DNA from: Streptosporangiales bacterium
Lineage (GTDB): Bacteria; Actinomycetota; Actinomycetes; Streptosporangiales; WHST01
Direction of reading: 5' to 3'
Length of the DNA: 64,000 nt
NCBI GenBank assembly: GCA_036378185.1
Contig: DASUWX010000234.1
Location: forward strand, 17,120-81,119
Each line of letters opens with the position of its first letter. The stretch's first letter is position 1. Positions 50,410 to 59,037 of this stretch are shown one piece after another. Under the pieces are notes generated by a model. That model was not told where the DNA came from, did no database searches, and saw nothing but the letters and a program-made list of their open reading frames with translations. The position numbers and the translations under genes are program-made.

Positions 50410-51093
50410 ATGGCGCAGTATCTCGCGATGGCGCCGATCCCCCGGCCCGGGCCGCTGCGGCACCAGGTCGAGGAGGCGCTGCGCGGGCTGATCGTCAGTG
50501 GTGCGCTCGGGCCCGGGCAGCACCTGGTGGAGGCGAGCGTCGCCGACCGGCTGGGGGTCAGCCGCGGGCCGGTCCGGGAGGCGCTGCAGGCGCTGCACGC
50601 CCAGGGCTGGGTGGAACTGCGGCAGGGCCGGGGGGCGTTCGTGCACGAGCCGACGGTCGCCGAGGTCGACGAGGTGTTCGGCGTCCGCGCGGCCCTGGAG
50701 AGCGAGGCCGCTGCGCTCGCGGCCGGCAACGTGTGCGCGGCCGACCTGGACGACCTGCGGGAGATCTCGGCGCGCGGCCGTCAGGCGGTGCGGGACGGCG
50801 AGTACGACCTCGCCGTCGCCACCAACTCCGAGCTGCACGGCCGCATCGCCGAGCTGTCCCGCAACCGGCTGCTCGGCCGGCTGATCGGGTCGCTGGACGA
50901 CCGGATCAGGTGGTACCTGCGGCCGGTGGTGAAGGGACGCGGCGAGTCGTCGTGGGACGAGCACGACGCGATGATCGCCGCGCTGGACGCCCACGACGCG
51001 GCACGCGTCGCGGCGCTGATGCGCCACCACACGGAGCAGACCCGGCGCGCCAACGTCGGCAGCAGGAGGGACGGCTCCGCCGACTCCGCGTAG
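50410..51093 (+). CDS. GntR family transcriptional regulator (FadR/FCD subfamily)
   Basis: N-terminal winged HTH (EASVADRLGVSRGPVREALQALHAQGWVELRQGRGAFV) plus a helical FCD-type C-terminus. Confidence 0.9.
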   Translation: MAQYLAMAPIPRPGPLRHQVEEALRGLIVSGALGPGQHLVEASVADRLGVSRGPVREALQALHAQGWVELRQGRGAFVHEPTVAEVDEVFGVRAALESEAAALAAGNVCAADLDDLREISARGRQAVRDGEYDLAVATNSELHGRIAELSRNRLLGRLIGSLDDRIRWYLRPVVKGRGESSWDEHDAMIAALDAHDAARVAALMRHHTEQTRRANVGSRRDGSADSA

Positions 51094-51115
51094 CGGTGAG
51101 CGGTGCCCTCACGGG

Positions 51116-51331
51116 TCAGGAGTCGCGGTCCTCGTCCTCGTCCTGCTGGATCAGCCGGGGCCTGGTCATCGGCGGGGGCTGGTTCTTCGCCGGCCTGCGC
51201 CCGGTCACCAGGGCCAGGATCGCCACGGCGAGCACGATGACGCCGACGCCGACGAGGAAGAACTGCAGTCGGTCGCCGCGCAGGAACGGCGCCGCGTACA
51301 CGCGGCTCGGAGCGTAGAGAGCTGCCACCAT
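51116..51331 (-). CDS. Small single-pass membrane protein (71 aa), hypothetical
   Basis: ATG 51331 in the tail of ORF 51116..52840. One hydrophobic helix (FFLVGVGVIVLAVAILALV) and an acidic C-terminus. No other support. Confidence 0.4.
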   Translation of the reverse strand: MVAALYAPSRVYAAPFLRGDRLQFFLVGVGVIVLAVAILALVTGRRPAKNQPPPMTRPRLIQQDEDEDRDS

Positions 51332-51418
51332 CACTCGTTCGAGTCTGCACCATCGCCTCCCGACCGGTACGCTCGCCTGGGTTACCGCCCGGTAAGTACC
51401 CGGCAAGGAGAGGTTCCG

Positions 51419-52189
51419 ATGGAGTTCGTACGGGTCGACGTCGCCGACGCCGTGGCGACGATTCGGCTGGACCGGCCGAAGATGAACGCCCTCAACCGGC
51501 AGATGCAGGCGGAGATCGGCGCGGCCGCCGCCGAGTGCGCGCGGCGTGCCGACGTCCGCGCCGTCGTGGTCCACGGCGGCGAGAAGGTGTTCGCCGCCGG
51601 CGCGGACATCAAGGAGATGGACGGCATGTCCTACGCGGACATGGCCGCGCACTCCCGCGACCTGCAGGCGGCGTTCACCAGCCTCGCGCGGGTGCCGAAG
51701 CCGGTGGTCGCCGCCATCAACGGCTACGCGCTGGGCGGCGGTTGCGAGCTGGCTCTGTGCTGCGACTTCCGGGTCGTCGCCGAGGACGCGAAGATGGGGC
51801 AGCCGGAGATCCGCCTCGGCATCATCCCCGGCGCCGGCGGCACGCAGCGGCTGACCCGCCTCGTCGGGCCCGCGAAGGCGAAGGACATCATCTTCAGCGG
51901 CCGGCAGGTCGACGCCGCCGAGGCCCTCGCGATCGGTCTCGCCGACCGGGTCGTGCCCGCGTCCGAGGTGTACGAGACGGCCCGCGCGTGGGCGGCGACG
52001 TTCGCGTCGGGGCCGGCCGTCGCCCTGGCCGCGGCGAAGGACGCGATCGACCGCGGGCTCGAGGTCGACCTCGACACCGGGCTGGAGATCGAGCGGGCGC
52101 AGTTCGCCGGGCTGTTCGCCACCGAGGACAAGCGCACCGGCTTCCAGGCGTTCATCGAGAAGACCGCGCCCGCGTTCGAAGGGCGTTGA
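51419..52189 (+). CDS. Enoyl-CoA hydratase/isomerase (crotonase) family protein
   Basis: Crotonase signature INGYALGGGCELALCCDFRV and catalytic Glu context (GQPEIRLGIIPGAGGTQRL). Confidence 0.92.
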   Translation: MEFVRVDVADAVATIRLDRPKMNALNRQMQAEIGAAAAECARRADVRAVVVHGGEKVFAAGADIKEMDGMSYADMAAHSRDLQAAFTSLARVPKPVVAAINGYALGGGCELALCCDFRVVAEDAKMGQPEIRLGIIPGAGGTQRLTRLVGPAKAKDIIFSGRQVDAAEALAIGLADRVVPASEVYETARAWAATFASGPAVALAAAKDAIDRGLEVDLDTGLEIERAQFAGLFATEDKRTGFQAFIEKTAPAFEGR

Positions 52190-52192
52190 GGC

Positions 52193-53110
52193 GTGGACTA
52201 CGACACGATCCGGCAGGATCCCAAGGCCGCGAACACCGTCTACCACGACTGGGAGTCCGAGACCTACGACGAGAAGTGGTCCATCTCGTTCGACGACCGC
52301 TGCGTCGACTACGCCCGCGGCAGGTTCGCGAAGGTCGCCGGCACCGACGGCTGGCCGTACGCCAAGGCGCTCGAGCTCGGCTGCGGCACCGGCTTCTTCC
52401 TGCTCAACCTGAAACAGGCCGGCGTGCTCGACGAGGGCCACGTCACCGACATCAGCCCGGGGATGGTCGAGGCGGCGCGCCGCAACGCCGCGGAGCTCGG
52501 CTTCGAGATCGACGGCCGGGTGGCGGACGCCGAGACGATCCCGTACGACGACGACACGTTCGACCTCGTCGTCGGGCACGCGGTGCTGCACCACATCCCG
52601 GACGTGGAGCGCGCGATCCGCGAGGTCGTGCGCGTGCTCAAGCCGGGCGGCCGGTTCGTCTTCGCGGGGGAGCCGACGACGATCGGCGACTTCTACGCCA
52701 GGCGGCTCGGCCGCGCGACCTGGTGGGCGACCACGCGCCTCACCCGGCTGCCGATGCTGCGGGAGGCGTGGGGACGGTCGCGCCAGGAGCTGGCCGAGCA
52801 GTCCGACGCCGCCGCACTCGAATGGGTCGTCGACCTGCACACGTTCGATCCCGAGCAGCTCGCCCGCACCTGCCTGCGTGCCGGCGCGGTCGACGTCGAC
52901 ACGAGGACGGAGGAGCTGGCGGCGGCGTTCTTCGGCTGGCCGGTGCGCACCTTCGAGGCCGCCGTCAACCGCGAGCGGCTCGGCTGGAACTGGGCGATGT
53001 TCGCGTACCGCACCTGGCAGGTGCTCTCCGACATCGACCAGAAGGTGCTCGCCAAGGTGTTCCCGCCCGAGGTCTTCTACAACGTGATGGTGACGGGGCT
53101 CGCACCGTGA
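52193..53110 (+). CDS. Class I SAM-dependent methyltransferase
   Basis: Motif I LELGCGTGFF and motif LKPGGRFVF, with a long helical C-terminal extension. Confidence 0.8.
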   Translation: MDYDTIRQDPKAANTVYHDWESETYDEKWSISFDDRCVDYARGRFAKVAGTDGWPYAKALELGCGTGFFLLNLKQAGVLDEGHVTDISPGMVEAARRNAAELGFEIDGRVADAETIPYDDDTFDLVVGHAVLHHIPDVERAIREVVRVLKPGGRFVFAGEPTTIGDFYARRLGRATWWATTRLTRLPMLREAWGRSRQELAEQSDAAALEWVVDLHTFDPEQLARTCLRAGAVDVDTRTEELAAAFFGWPVRTFEAAVNRERLGWNWAMFAYRTWQVLSDIDQKVLAKVFPPEVFYNVMVTGLAP

Positions 53111-53940
53111 CCGAGGCGGCGGAGCACGACGAGATGATCCGCGCGAACGCCCGCAACTGGGACGAGCGGGTGGCGGTCCATATGGCCAGCGAGTTCTACG
53201 ACCTCGCCGGGCTGCGCGACGGCGCGGATCGGCTCGCGCCGTTCGAGTACGACGAGCTCGGACCGCTCGCCGGTCGCAGCCTCGTCCACCTGCAGTGCCA
53301 CATCGGCACCGACACCGTGTGCCTCGCCCGCGCCGGCGCGACCGCGGCCGGGCTCGACCTCTCGCCCGAGTCGGTCGCCGCCGCCAGGCGGATCGCGGCC
53401 GACTGCGGCGTCGAGATCAGGTACGAGGCCGGCGACGTCTACGACGCGGCCGACGTCTTCGGCGGCGAGCGCTTCGACGTCGTCTACACCGGCAAGGGCG
53501 CGCTGGTGTGGCTGCCCGACCTCGACCGCTGGGCGCGGACGGTCGCCGCGCTCCTGCGTCCCGGCGGGCTGTTGTACCTCGTCGAGTTCCACCCGCTGCT
53601 GCAGGCGCTCACGTACGGGCCGCAGCCGGAGGAAGGTCTGCTCCTCGAGTACGACTACCTGCCGGGTCGCGGTGCGGAGCGGCTCGACTCCCCGAACACG
53701 TACACCGACGGCCCGCACCTTTCGGGGCACACCGTCTCGTACCAGTGGACGCACGGCCTGGGCACCGTCGTCAACGGGCTGACCGGCGCGGGCCTGCGGA
53801 TCGAGTCGCTCACCGAGCACGACGTCCTGCCCTGGCGACGGATCCCGGAGATGACACCGGCGGGGAACGGCTGGTGGCGGCTGCCCGGGTCGCGCCCGCG
53901 CGTCCCGGTGCTCTACTCGCTGCGCGCGGTGCGCGACTGA
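53107..53940 (+). CDS. Class I SAM-dependent methyltransferase
   Basis: GTG 53107 overlaps the upstream stop (GTGA). Rossmann-type core (VHLQCHIGTDT ... GLDLSPESV ... LRPGGLLYLVEFHP). Confidence 0.78.
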   Translation: MTEAAEHDEMIRANARNWDERVAVHMASEFYDLAGLRDGADRLAPFEYDELGPLAGRSLVHLQCHIGTDTVCLARAGATAAGLDLSPESVAAARRIAADCGVEIRYEAGDVYDAADVFGGERFDVVYTGKGALVWLPDLDRWARTVAALLRPGGLLYLVEFHPLLQALTYGPQPEEGLLLEYDYLPGRGAERLDSPNTYTDGPHLSGHTVSYQWTHGLGTVVNGLTGAGLRIESLTEHDVLPWRRIPEMTPAGNGWWRLPGSRPRVPVLYSLRAVRD

Positions 53941-53953
53941 CGCGGTAGTACGG

Positions 53954-54637
53954 TTGCAGGTCATGCGGCAGCGAGACCCGCGGCAGGCGCGCTTCCTGAC
54001 CATGGCGTCGCTGCGCTGGGTCGTGCGCAACCGCGCGTGGACGCCGTTCTACCTGGTGCGGTACCTGCGGTTCCTGTGGCTCCGGCTGCGGCGCCCCTAC
54101 GTCGTGACCGAGGGGTTCGTGTTCCTCGGCCGGCGGACGGAGATCTACGCGCGCAAGGGCTACGGCCGGCTGATCCTGGGACGCTGGACGCACTTCGGCG
54201 ACGGCACGGCGATCCGCTGCCACGAGGGCAACCTGCGTGTCGGCGAGAAGACCGTGTTCGGCCAGGACGTGAGCGTCAACTGCTACCTGGACGTCGAGTT
54301 CGGCGCGGCCGGCCTGGTCGCCGACCGCGTCTACGTCGCGGACTTCGACCACCGCACCGACGACCTCGCCGTCCCCATCAAGGACCAGGGCATCGTCAAG
54401 CGGCCGGTGCGCGTCGGCGCGGACGTGTGGCTGGGCACCAAGTCGACCGTGCTCAAGGGCGTCGAGATCGGCCGCGGCAGCGTCGTCGGCGCCAACGCCG
54501 TCGTGACCAGGGACGTCCCCGCCTACGCGATCGTCGGCGGCGTCCCGGCACGGCTGATCCGGTCCCGGCTGCGGCCCGAGCCCCCGCCCGTGGTCATGAA
54601 GGCCCGTGGCGGGTACGACCGCAGGAAACCCCGGTGA
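53954..54637 (+). CDS. Left-handed beta-helix (hexapeptide-repeat) acyltransferase
   Basis: Hexapeptide repeats (VRVGADVWLGTKSTVLKGVEIGRGSVVGANAVVTRDV) and an N-terminal amphipathic/hydrophobic segment. Confidence 0.75.
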   Translation: MQVMRQRDPRQARFLTMASLRWVVRNRAWTPFYLVRYLRFLWLRLRRPYVVTEGFVFLGRRTEIYARKGYGRLILGRWTHFGDGTAIRCHEGNLRVGEKTVFGQDVSVNCYLDVEFGAAGLVADRVYVADFDHRTDDLAVPIKDQGIVKRPVRVGADVWLGTKSTVLKGVEIGRGSVVGANAVVTRDVPAYAIVGGVPARLIRSRLRPEPPPVVMKARGGYDRRKPR

Positions 54638-54639
54638 CC

Positions 54640-57141
54640 ATGGCGGAGGCGGGCACCTACCCGGCCGAGTGGGAGGCCGACGTCGTCGTCGCGGACGGCG
54701 GCATCGTGCACCTGCGCCCGATCCGGCCCGACGACGCCCCCGCGCTCGTCGACCTCGTCGCCCGGTCCTCCGAGCGCAGCCGGTACCTGCGGTTCTTCGG
54801 CCCGCAGCGCGAGATCCCCGAGGCGCAGCTGCACCGGTTCTCGCACGTCGACTACGACGGACGGGTCGCGTTCGTCGTCGAGGTGGGCGGCGTCGTCGTC
54901 GCCGTCGCGAGGTACGAGCTGCTGCCGGGCGGCGGGACGGGCGAGCGGGAGGCCGAGGTGGCGTTCCTCGTCGAGGACGCGCAACAGGGCCGGGGGATCG
55001 GCACGGTGCTGCTCGAGCACCTCGCCGCCGCGGGCAGGGAGCGCGGCATCGCGAGGTTCGTCGCCGAGGTGCTGCCGGAGAACAACCGGATGGCGCGCGT
55101 CTTCCTCGACGCCGGGTACCGGCTCACCCGGAGGTACGAGGAGGGCCTGCTGCACCTGGAGTTCCCGATCGCGCAGACGGACACGTCCGTCGCCGTCTCG
55201 TACGAGCGGGCCGAACGCGCCGAGGCGCGCTCGCTCGCGCGGCTGCTGACCGCGCGGTCGGTCGCGGTCGTCGGCGCGAGCAACACGCCGGGCAAGGTCG
55301 GGTACGTCGTGCTGCGCGACCTGCTCGCGTTCGCGCGGGGCGACTCCGTCTACTCCGCCACCCCCGGAATCCCCGCCGGGCCGCGCGTGCACCCGGTGCA
55401 TCCGGCCGCGGGGCAGGTGCAGGGCGTGCCGGCGTACCCGCGGGTGACGGACGTGCCCGGCGACGTCGACCTCGCCGTGCTCGCGGTGCCGGCAGGCGCC
55501 GTGCGCGAGGTCGTGGCCGACTGCGGCCGCAAGGGCGTGCACGGGCTCGTCGTCGTCTCGTCCGGCTTCGGCGAGCGCGGCGAGGAGGGTGCCGCGGCCG
55601 AGCGCGAACTCGTCGAGCTGGCCCGCCGGCACGGCATGCGCGTGGTGGGGCCGAACGCGCTCGGCGTCCTCAACACCGACCCGTCCGTGCGCCTCAACGC
55701 GACGCTGTCGACGGCGCCGCCGCCGCCCGGGCGGCTCGGGTTCTTCTGCCAGTCCGGCGCCCTGGGCGTCGCGATCCTCGCCGACGCGCGCAGCCGCGGC
55801 CTCGGCGTCTCGACGTTCGTCTCGGCGGGCAACCGCGCCGACGTCAGCGGCAACGACCTGTTGCAGTACTGGTCGTCCGACGCCCGCACCGAGGCGGTGC
55901 TGCTGTACCTGGAGACGTTCGGGAACCCGCGCAAGTTCGCGCGGCTGGCGCGCCGGCTGGCCCGGGCGAAGCCGGTCGTCGTGGTGAAGACTGGGCGGTA
56001 CGCGGGAGTGAAGCCGGCGTTGGCCCGGCGCACCGTGCCGATGGCCGACGAGAGCCTCGAGACGATGTTCCGCTCCGCCGGCATCATCCGGGTCGAGACG
56101 CTCTCGCAGCTGTTCGACGTCGGCCAGTTGCTCGCGTACCAGCCGTTGCCGGCAGGCCCGCGGGTCGGCATCGTCGGCAACTCGTCCGCGCTCGCGCTGC
56201 TGGTCGCGGACGCCTGCCTCGCGAACGGTCTCACGCCCGTCGACGACGCGGTCGTCGACGTCGGTTCGGAGGGCACGCCCGCGGAGTTCCGGGCGGCGCT
56301 GGCCTCGGCGTACGCCGACGAGCGGGTCGACGCGCTCGTCGCCGTCTTCGTGCCCGCGCTGCAGACCGAGGGCATCGAGTACGCGCGGGTGCTCGCCGGC
56401 GTGGGTGACGGCCGGAAGCCGATCGTCTCCACGTTCCTCGGCGTCGAGGGCGTGCCCGAACCGCTGCGCCGGGTCGAGGACGGCGAGGTGCGGCGCGGTT
56501 CGGTCCCGTCGTACCCGTCGCCGGAACGCGCCGTGCTCGCGCTCGCCCGCGCGGAGGGCTACGCCCGCTGGCGGGAGCGGCCGGTGGGGACGGTGCCCGA
56601 GCTCGCCGGCCTCGATCCGCGGCGGGCGGCGGCCCTGGTCGACGGTGTGCTCGCCGCGGACCACGGCGGGCGCGAGCTGACCGGCCGGGAGACCCGCGAC
56701 CTGCTCGCCGCGTTCGGCGTGGCGACGGAGGCCGGCGGGCCGGCGGAGGGCGTGGGCGTCGAGGCCGGCGTCGTCGACGACCCGTCGTTCGGCGCCGTGG
56801 TGAGCTTCGGCATCGCGGGCGTGGCGAGCGAGCTGTTCGCCGACCGCGCGTACCGGCCGCTGCCGTTGACGGACCGCGACGCGGCCGAGCTGGTGCGCGA
56901 GCCCCGGGCGTACCCGCTGCTGACCGGGTACGGCGGCAGGGCGGCCGCCGACCTGGACGCGGTCGAGGACCTGCTCCTGCGGGTGGCCCGGCTGGCCGAC
57001 GCGGTGCCCGAGCTGCTCGAGCTCCACCTCGCCGTCCACGCCGCGCCGGACGGCGTCCACGTCCGCTCCGCCCGGGCGAAGGTGGGCCCGGCGACGTCAC
57101 GGGTCGCTCCCGGTCCCCGCAGGCTGGCCCCGGCCGGCTGA
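54640..57141 (+). CDS. GNAT acetyltransferase fused to an NDP-forming acyl-CoA synthetase-like domain (protein acetyltransferase Pat-like, GNAT-first order)
   Basis: ATG 54640 in ORF 54037..57141. GNAT motif A QQGRGIGTVLLEH, then a CoA-binding Rossmann segment SVAVVGASNTPGKVGY and succinyl-CoA-ligase-like/ATP-grasp segments. Confidence 0.85.
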   Translation: MAEAGTYPAEWEADVVVADGGIVHLRPIRPDDAPALVDLVARSSERSRYLRFFGPQREIPEAQLHRFSHVDYDGRVAFVVEVGGVVVAVARYELLPGGGTGEREAEVAFLVEDAQQGRGIGTVLLEHLAAAGRERGIARFVAEVLPENNRMARVFLDAGYRLTRRYEEGLLHLEFPIAQTDTSVAVSYERAERAEARSLARLLTARSVAVVGASNTPGKVGYVVLRDLLAFARGDSVYSATPGIPAGPRVHPVHPAAGQVQGVPAYPRVTDVPGDVDLAVLAVPAGAVREVVADCGRKGVHGLVVVSSGFGERGEEGAAAERELVELARRHGMRVVGPNALGVLNTDPSVRLNATLSTAPPPPGRLGFFCQSGALGVAILADARSRGLGVSTFVSAGNRADVSGNDLLQYWSSDARTEAVLLYLETFGNPRKFARLARRLARAKPVVVVKTGRYAGVKPALARRTVPMADESLETMFRSAGIIRVETLSQLFDVGQLLAYQPLPAGPRVGIVGNSSALALLVADACLANGLTPVDDAVVDVGSEGTPAEFRAALASAYADERVDALVAVFVPALQTEGIEYARVLAGVGDGRKPIVSTFLGVEGVPEPLRRVEDGEVRRGSVPSYPSPERAVLALARAEGYARWRERPVGTVPELAGLDPRRAAALVDGVLAADHGGRELTGRETRDLLAAFGVATEAGGPAEGVGVEAGVVDDPSFGAVVSFGIAGVASELFADRAYRPLPLTDRDAAELVREPRAYPLLTGYGGRAAADLDAVEDLLLRVARLADAVPELLELHLAVHAAPDGVHVRSARAKVGPATSRVAPGPRRLAPAG

Positions 57142-57213
57142 CGAGCGGGCCGCCTCGGCGTCGTCGGGGCCACAGCGACGGCCACGGATTGTGCACCCGT
57201 CGGGCGCTCGCGG

Positions 57214-57245
57214 CACCGTCGATCACGTTAACGTGATCGACGGTG
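57214..57245. repeat. 32-bp perfect palindrome CACCGTCGATCACGTTAACGTGATCGACGGTG
   Basis: Verified base by base against ORF 57191 codons. It is intergenic, 73 nt after the Pat-like stop and 85 nt before GTG 57330. Function (terminator or operator) is not determinable from sequence. Confidence 0.9.
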
Positions 57246-57329
57246 ACTTCACACGAGGCAGGACCCGGGTGAAGCCGCCGTCCGTCGTGGGATGCGGCCG
57301 AGCGGCCGGGTCAAGTCGGGAGCGGCCAA

Positions 57330-58127
57330 GTGAACTCACCGCCGACGCGCAGGGGCAGCGGCGTGGCGCACGGTTTCGGCTGCCTGCTCCGGGGGATCGG
57401 GTTCGTCACGCGGCGGCCGCGGCTCTGGGCGCTGGGGCTGCTGCCCGCGCTGGTGACGTTCGTCGTGCTGGCCGGTCTTGTCGTCGTGCTCGGCGTCTTC
57501 GTCGGCGACATCGTCGCGTGGGCCACGCCGTTCGCCGACGGCTGGTCGGCCGGTTTGCGCGACACCGTACGCGTGCTCCTCGACGTCGCCCTGGTGCTGC
57601 TCGCGGTCTGGGTCGAGGTGCTGGTGTTCGTCTCGCTGACGCTGGTGATCGGGCAGCCGTTCTACGAGCGGCTGTCGCGAGCCGTCGACGAGGAGTTCGG
57701 CGGCGCCCCGGCCGAGCCGGACGAGGCCTGGCACCGCGGCCTGCGCCGGGCGGTGCGCGAGACGCCCGCCGTGCTCGGCCGGACGCTGCCCGCGGGACTG
57801 CTCGTCTTCCTGGTCGGGCTGATCCCCGTGGTCGGGCAGACGGCGAGTGCCGTGCTCGGCGCCCTCGTCGGCGGCCGGTTCCTCGCGCTCGAGCTGATGG
57901 CGCCCGCGTCGGAGCACCGCGGCATGTACCTGCGCGAGCGGCTCGCCCTGGCGCGGGCGCACCGGCTGGACGTGTACGCGTTCGGCGTCCCCGTCTTCGT
58001 GCTCTTCCTGGTGCCGTTCGTGTCGGTGCTGTTGATGCCCGGCGCCGTCGCCGGGGCGACGCTGCTGGTACGGGAGCTGACGGAGGGCGCCGGCGCCCGG
58101 TTCGCGCCCGAGGCTACCGGTCGGTAA
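57330..58127 (+). CDS. EI24/CysZ-like membrane protein
   Basis: Multi-TM protein with the conserved ...GQPFYERLSRAVDEEFGG... loop typical of actinobacterial EI24-domain proteins. GTG start. Confidence 0.7.
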   Translation: MNSPPTRRGSGVAHGFGCLLRGIGFVTRRPRLWALGLLPALVTFVVLAGLVVVLGVFVGDIVAWATPFADGWSAGLRDTVRVLLDVALVLLAVWVEVLVFVSLTLVIGQPFYERLSRAVDEEFGGAPAEPDEAWHRGLRRAVRETPAVLGRTLPAGLLVFLVGLIPVVGQTASAVLGALVGGRFLALELMAPASEHRGMYLRERLALARAHRLDVYAFGVPVFVLFLVPFVSVLLMPGAVAGATLLVRELTEGAGARFAPEATGR

Positions 58128-58239
58128 CATAGCCGGTGAGGGTGCGCGCCGCAGGCACGTGCCCGATCTGGCAAGGTGACCGATGACGGCGCGTCGTCCG
58201 CGGCCGTCGGGACGCGAGCCTCGGAGGGCAATCGCCGGT

Positions 58240-59019
58240 ATGAACATCGTCGTCTGCGTCAAGCAGGTACCTGACACGTACTCGGAACGGAAGCTCGACC
58301 CCGGTGACAAGACGCTCGACCGCGCGTCCGCCGACGGGGTCATCAACGAGCTCGACGAGTACGCCATCGAGGAGGCGCTCCAGCTCGCCGAGGCCACGAG
58401 CGGCACGGTCACCGTGCTCACCATGGGGCCGGAGAAGGCGGCCGAGTCGATCCGCAAGGCGCTGTCGATGGGTGCCGACAAGGCCGTGCACGTCGTCGAC
58501 GACTCGCTGCACGGCGCGGACGCCGTGCAGACCTCGGCCGCGCTGGCCGCGGCGCTCGGCACGATGGAGTACGACCTCGTCGTGCTGGGCTCGGAGTCGA
58601 CCGACGCGCGGATGAGCGTCGTGCCCGCGATGCTCGCGGAGCGGCTCGGGCTGCCCCAGCTCACCTACGCCAACAAGGTGGAGGTCGACGGCTCCGCGAT
58701 CACCGTCCAGCGGCAGACCGAGTACGGCCACGACAGGGTCGAGGCCACGCTGCCCGCGGTGGTGTCGGTGGTCGAGAAGATCAACGAGCCGCGGTACCCG
58801 TCGTTCAAGGGCATCATGGCGGCCAAGAAGAAGGAGGTCGCGAGCCTCGGCGCCGGCGACCTCGGTCTCGCGGACTCCGACCTCGGCCTCGCCAACGCGG
58901 CCACCGAGGTCGTGGAGTTCACCCCGGCCCCGCCCAAGGAGAAGGGCGCGGTCGTCACCGACGAAGGCGACGGCGGCGTGCGGATCGCCGACTACCTCGC
59001 CGGCCAGAAGATCCTCTGA
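58240..59019 (+). CDS. etfB: Electron transfer flavoprotein beta subunit
   Basis: MNIVVCVKQVPDT... N-terminus and the EtfB fold. ATG 58240 in ORF 58183..59019. Confidence 0.95.
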   Translation: MNIVVCVKQVPDTYSERKLDPGDKTLDRASADGVINELDEYAIEEALQLAEATSGTVTVLTMGPEKAAESIRKALSMGADKAVHVVDDSLHGADAVQTSAALAAALGTMEYDLVVLGSESTDARMSVVPAMLAERLGLPQLTYANKVEVDGSAITVQRQTEYGHDRVEATLPAVVSVVEKINEPRYPSFKGIMAAKKKEVASLGAGDLGLADSDLGLANAATEVVEFTPAPPKEKGAVVTDEGDGGVRIADYLAGQKIL

Positions 59020-59037
59020 GGGGCGTGCGGAGCGAAC

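Noticed and set aside
51095-51125. GTGAGCGGTGCCCTCAC, and a similar GGTGAGGGTGC... stretch at about 58135-58165, as additional REP-like copies.
   Set aside because: Only one arm-like half is present with a 5-bp stem. The GGGGCAC-N25/26-GTGCCCC architecture is missing. At best these are degenerate relics or small convergent-gene terminators.
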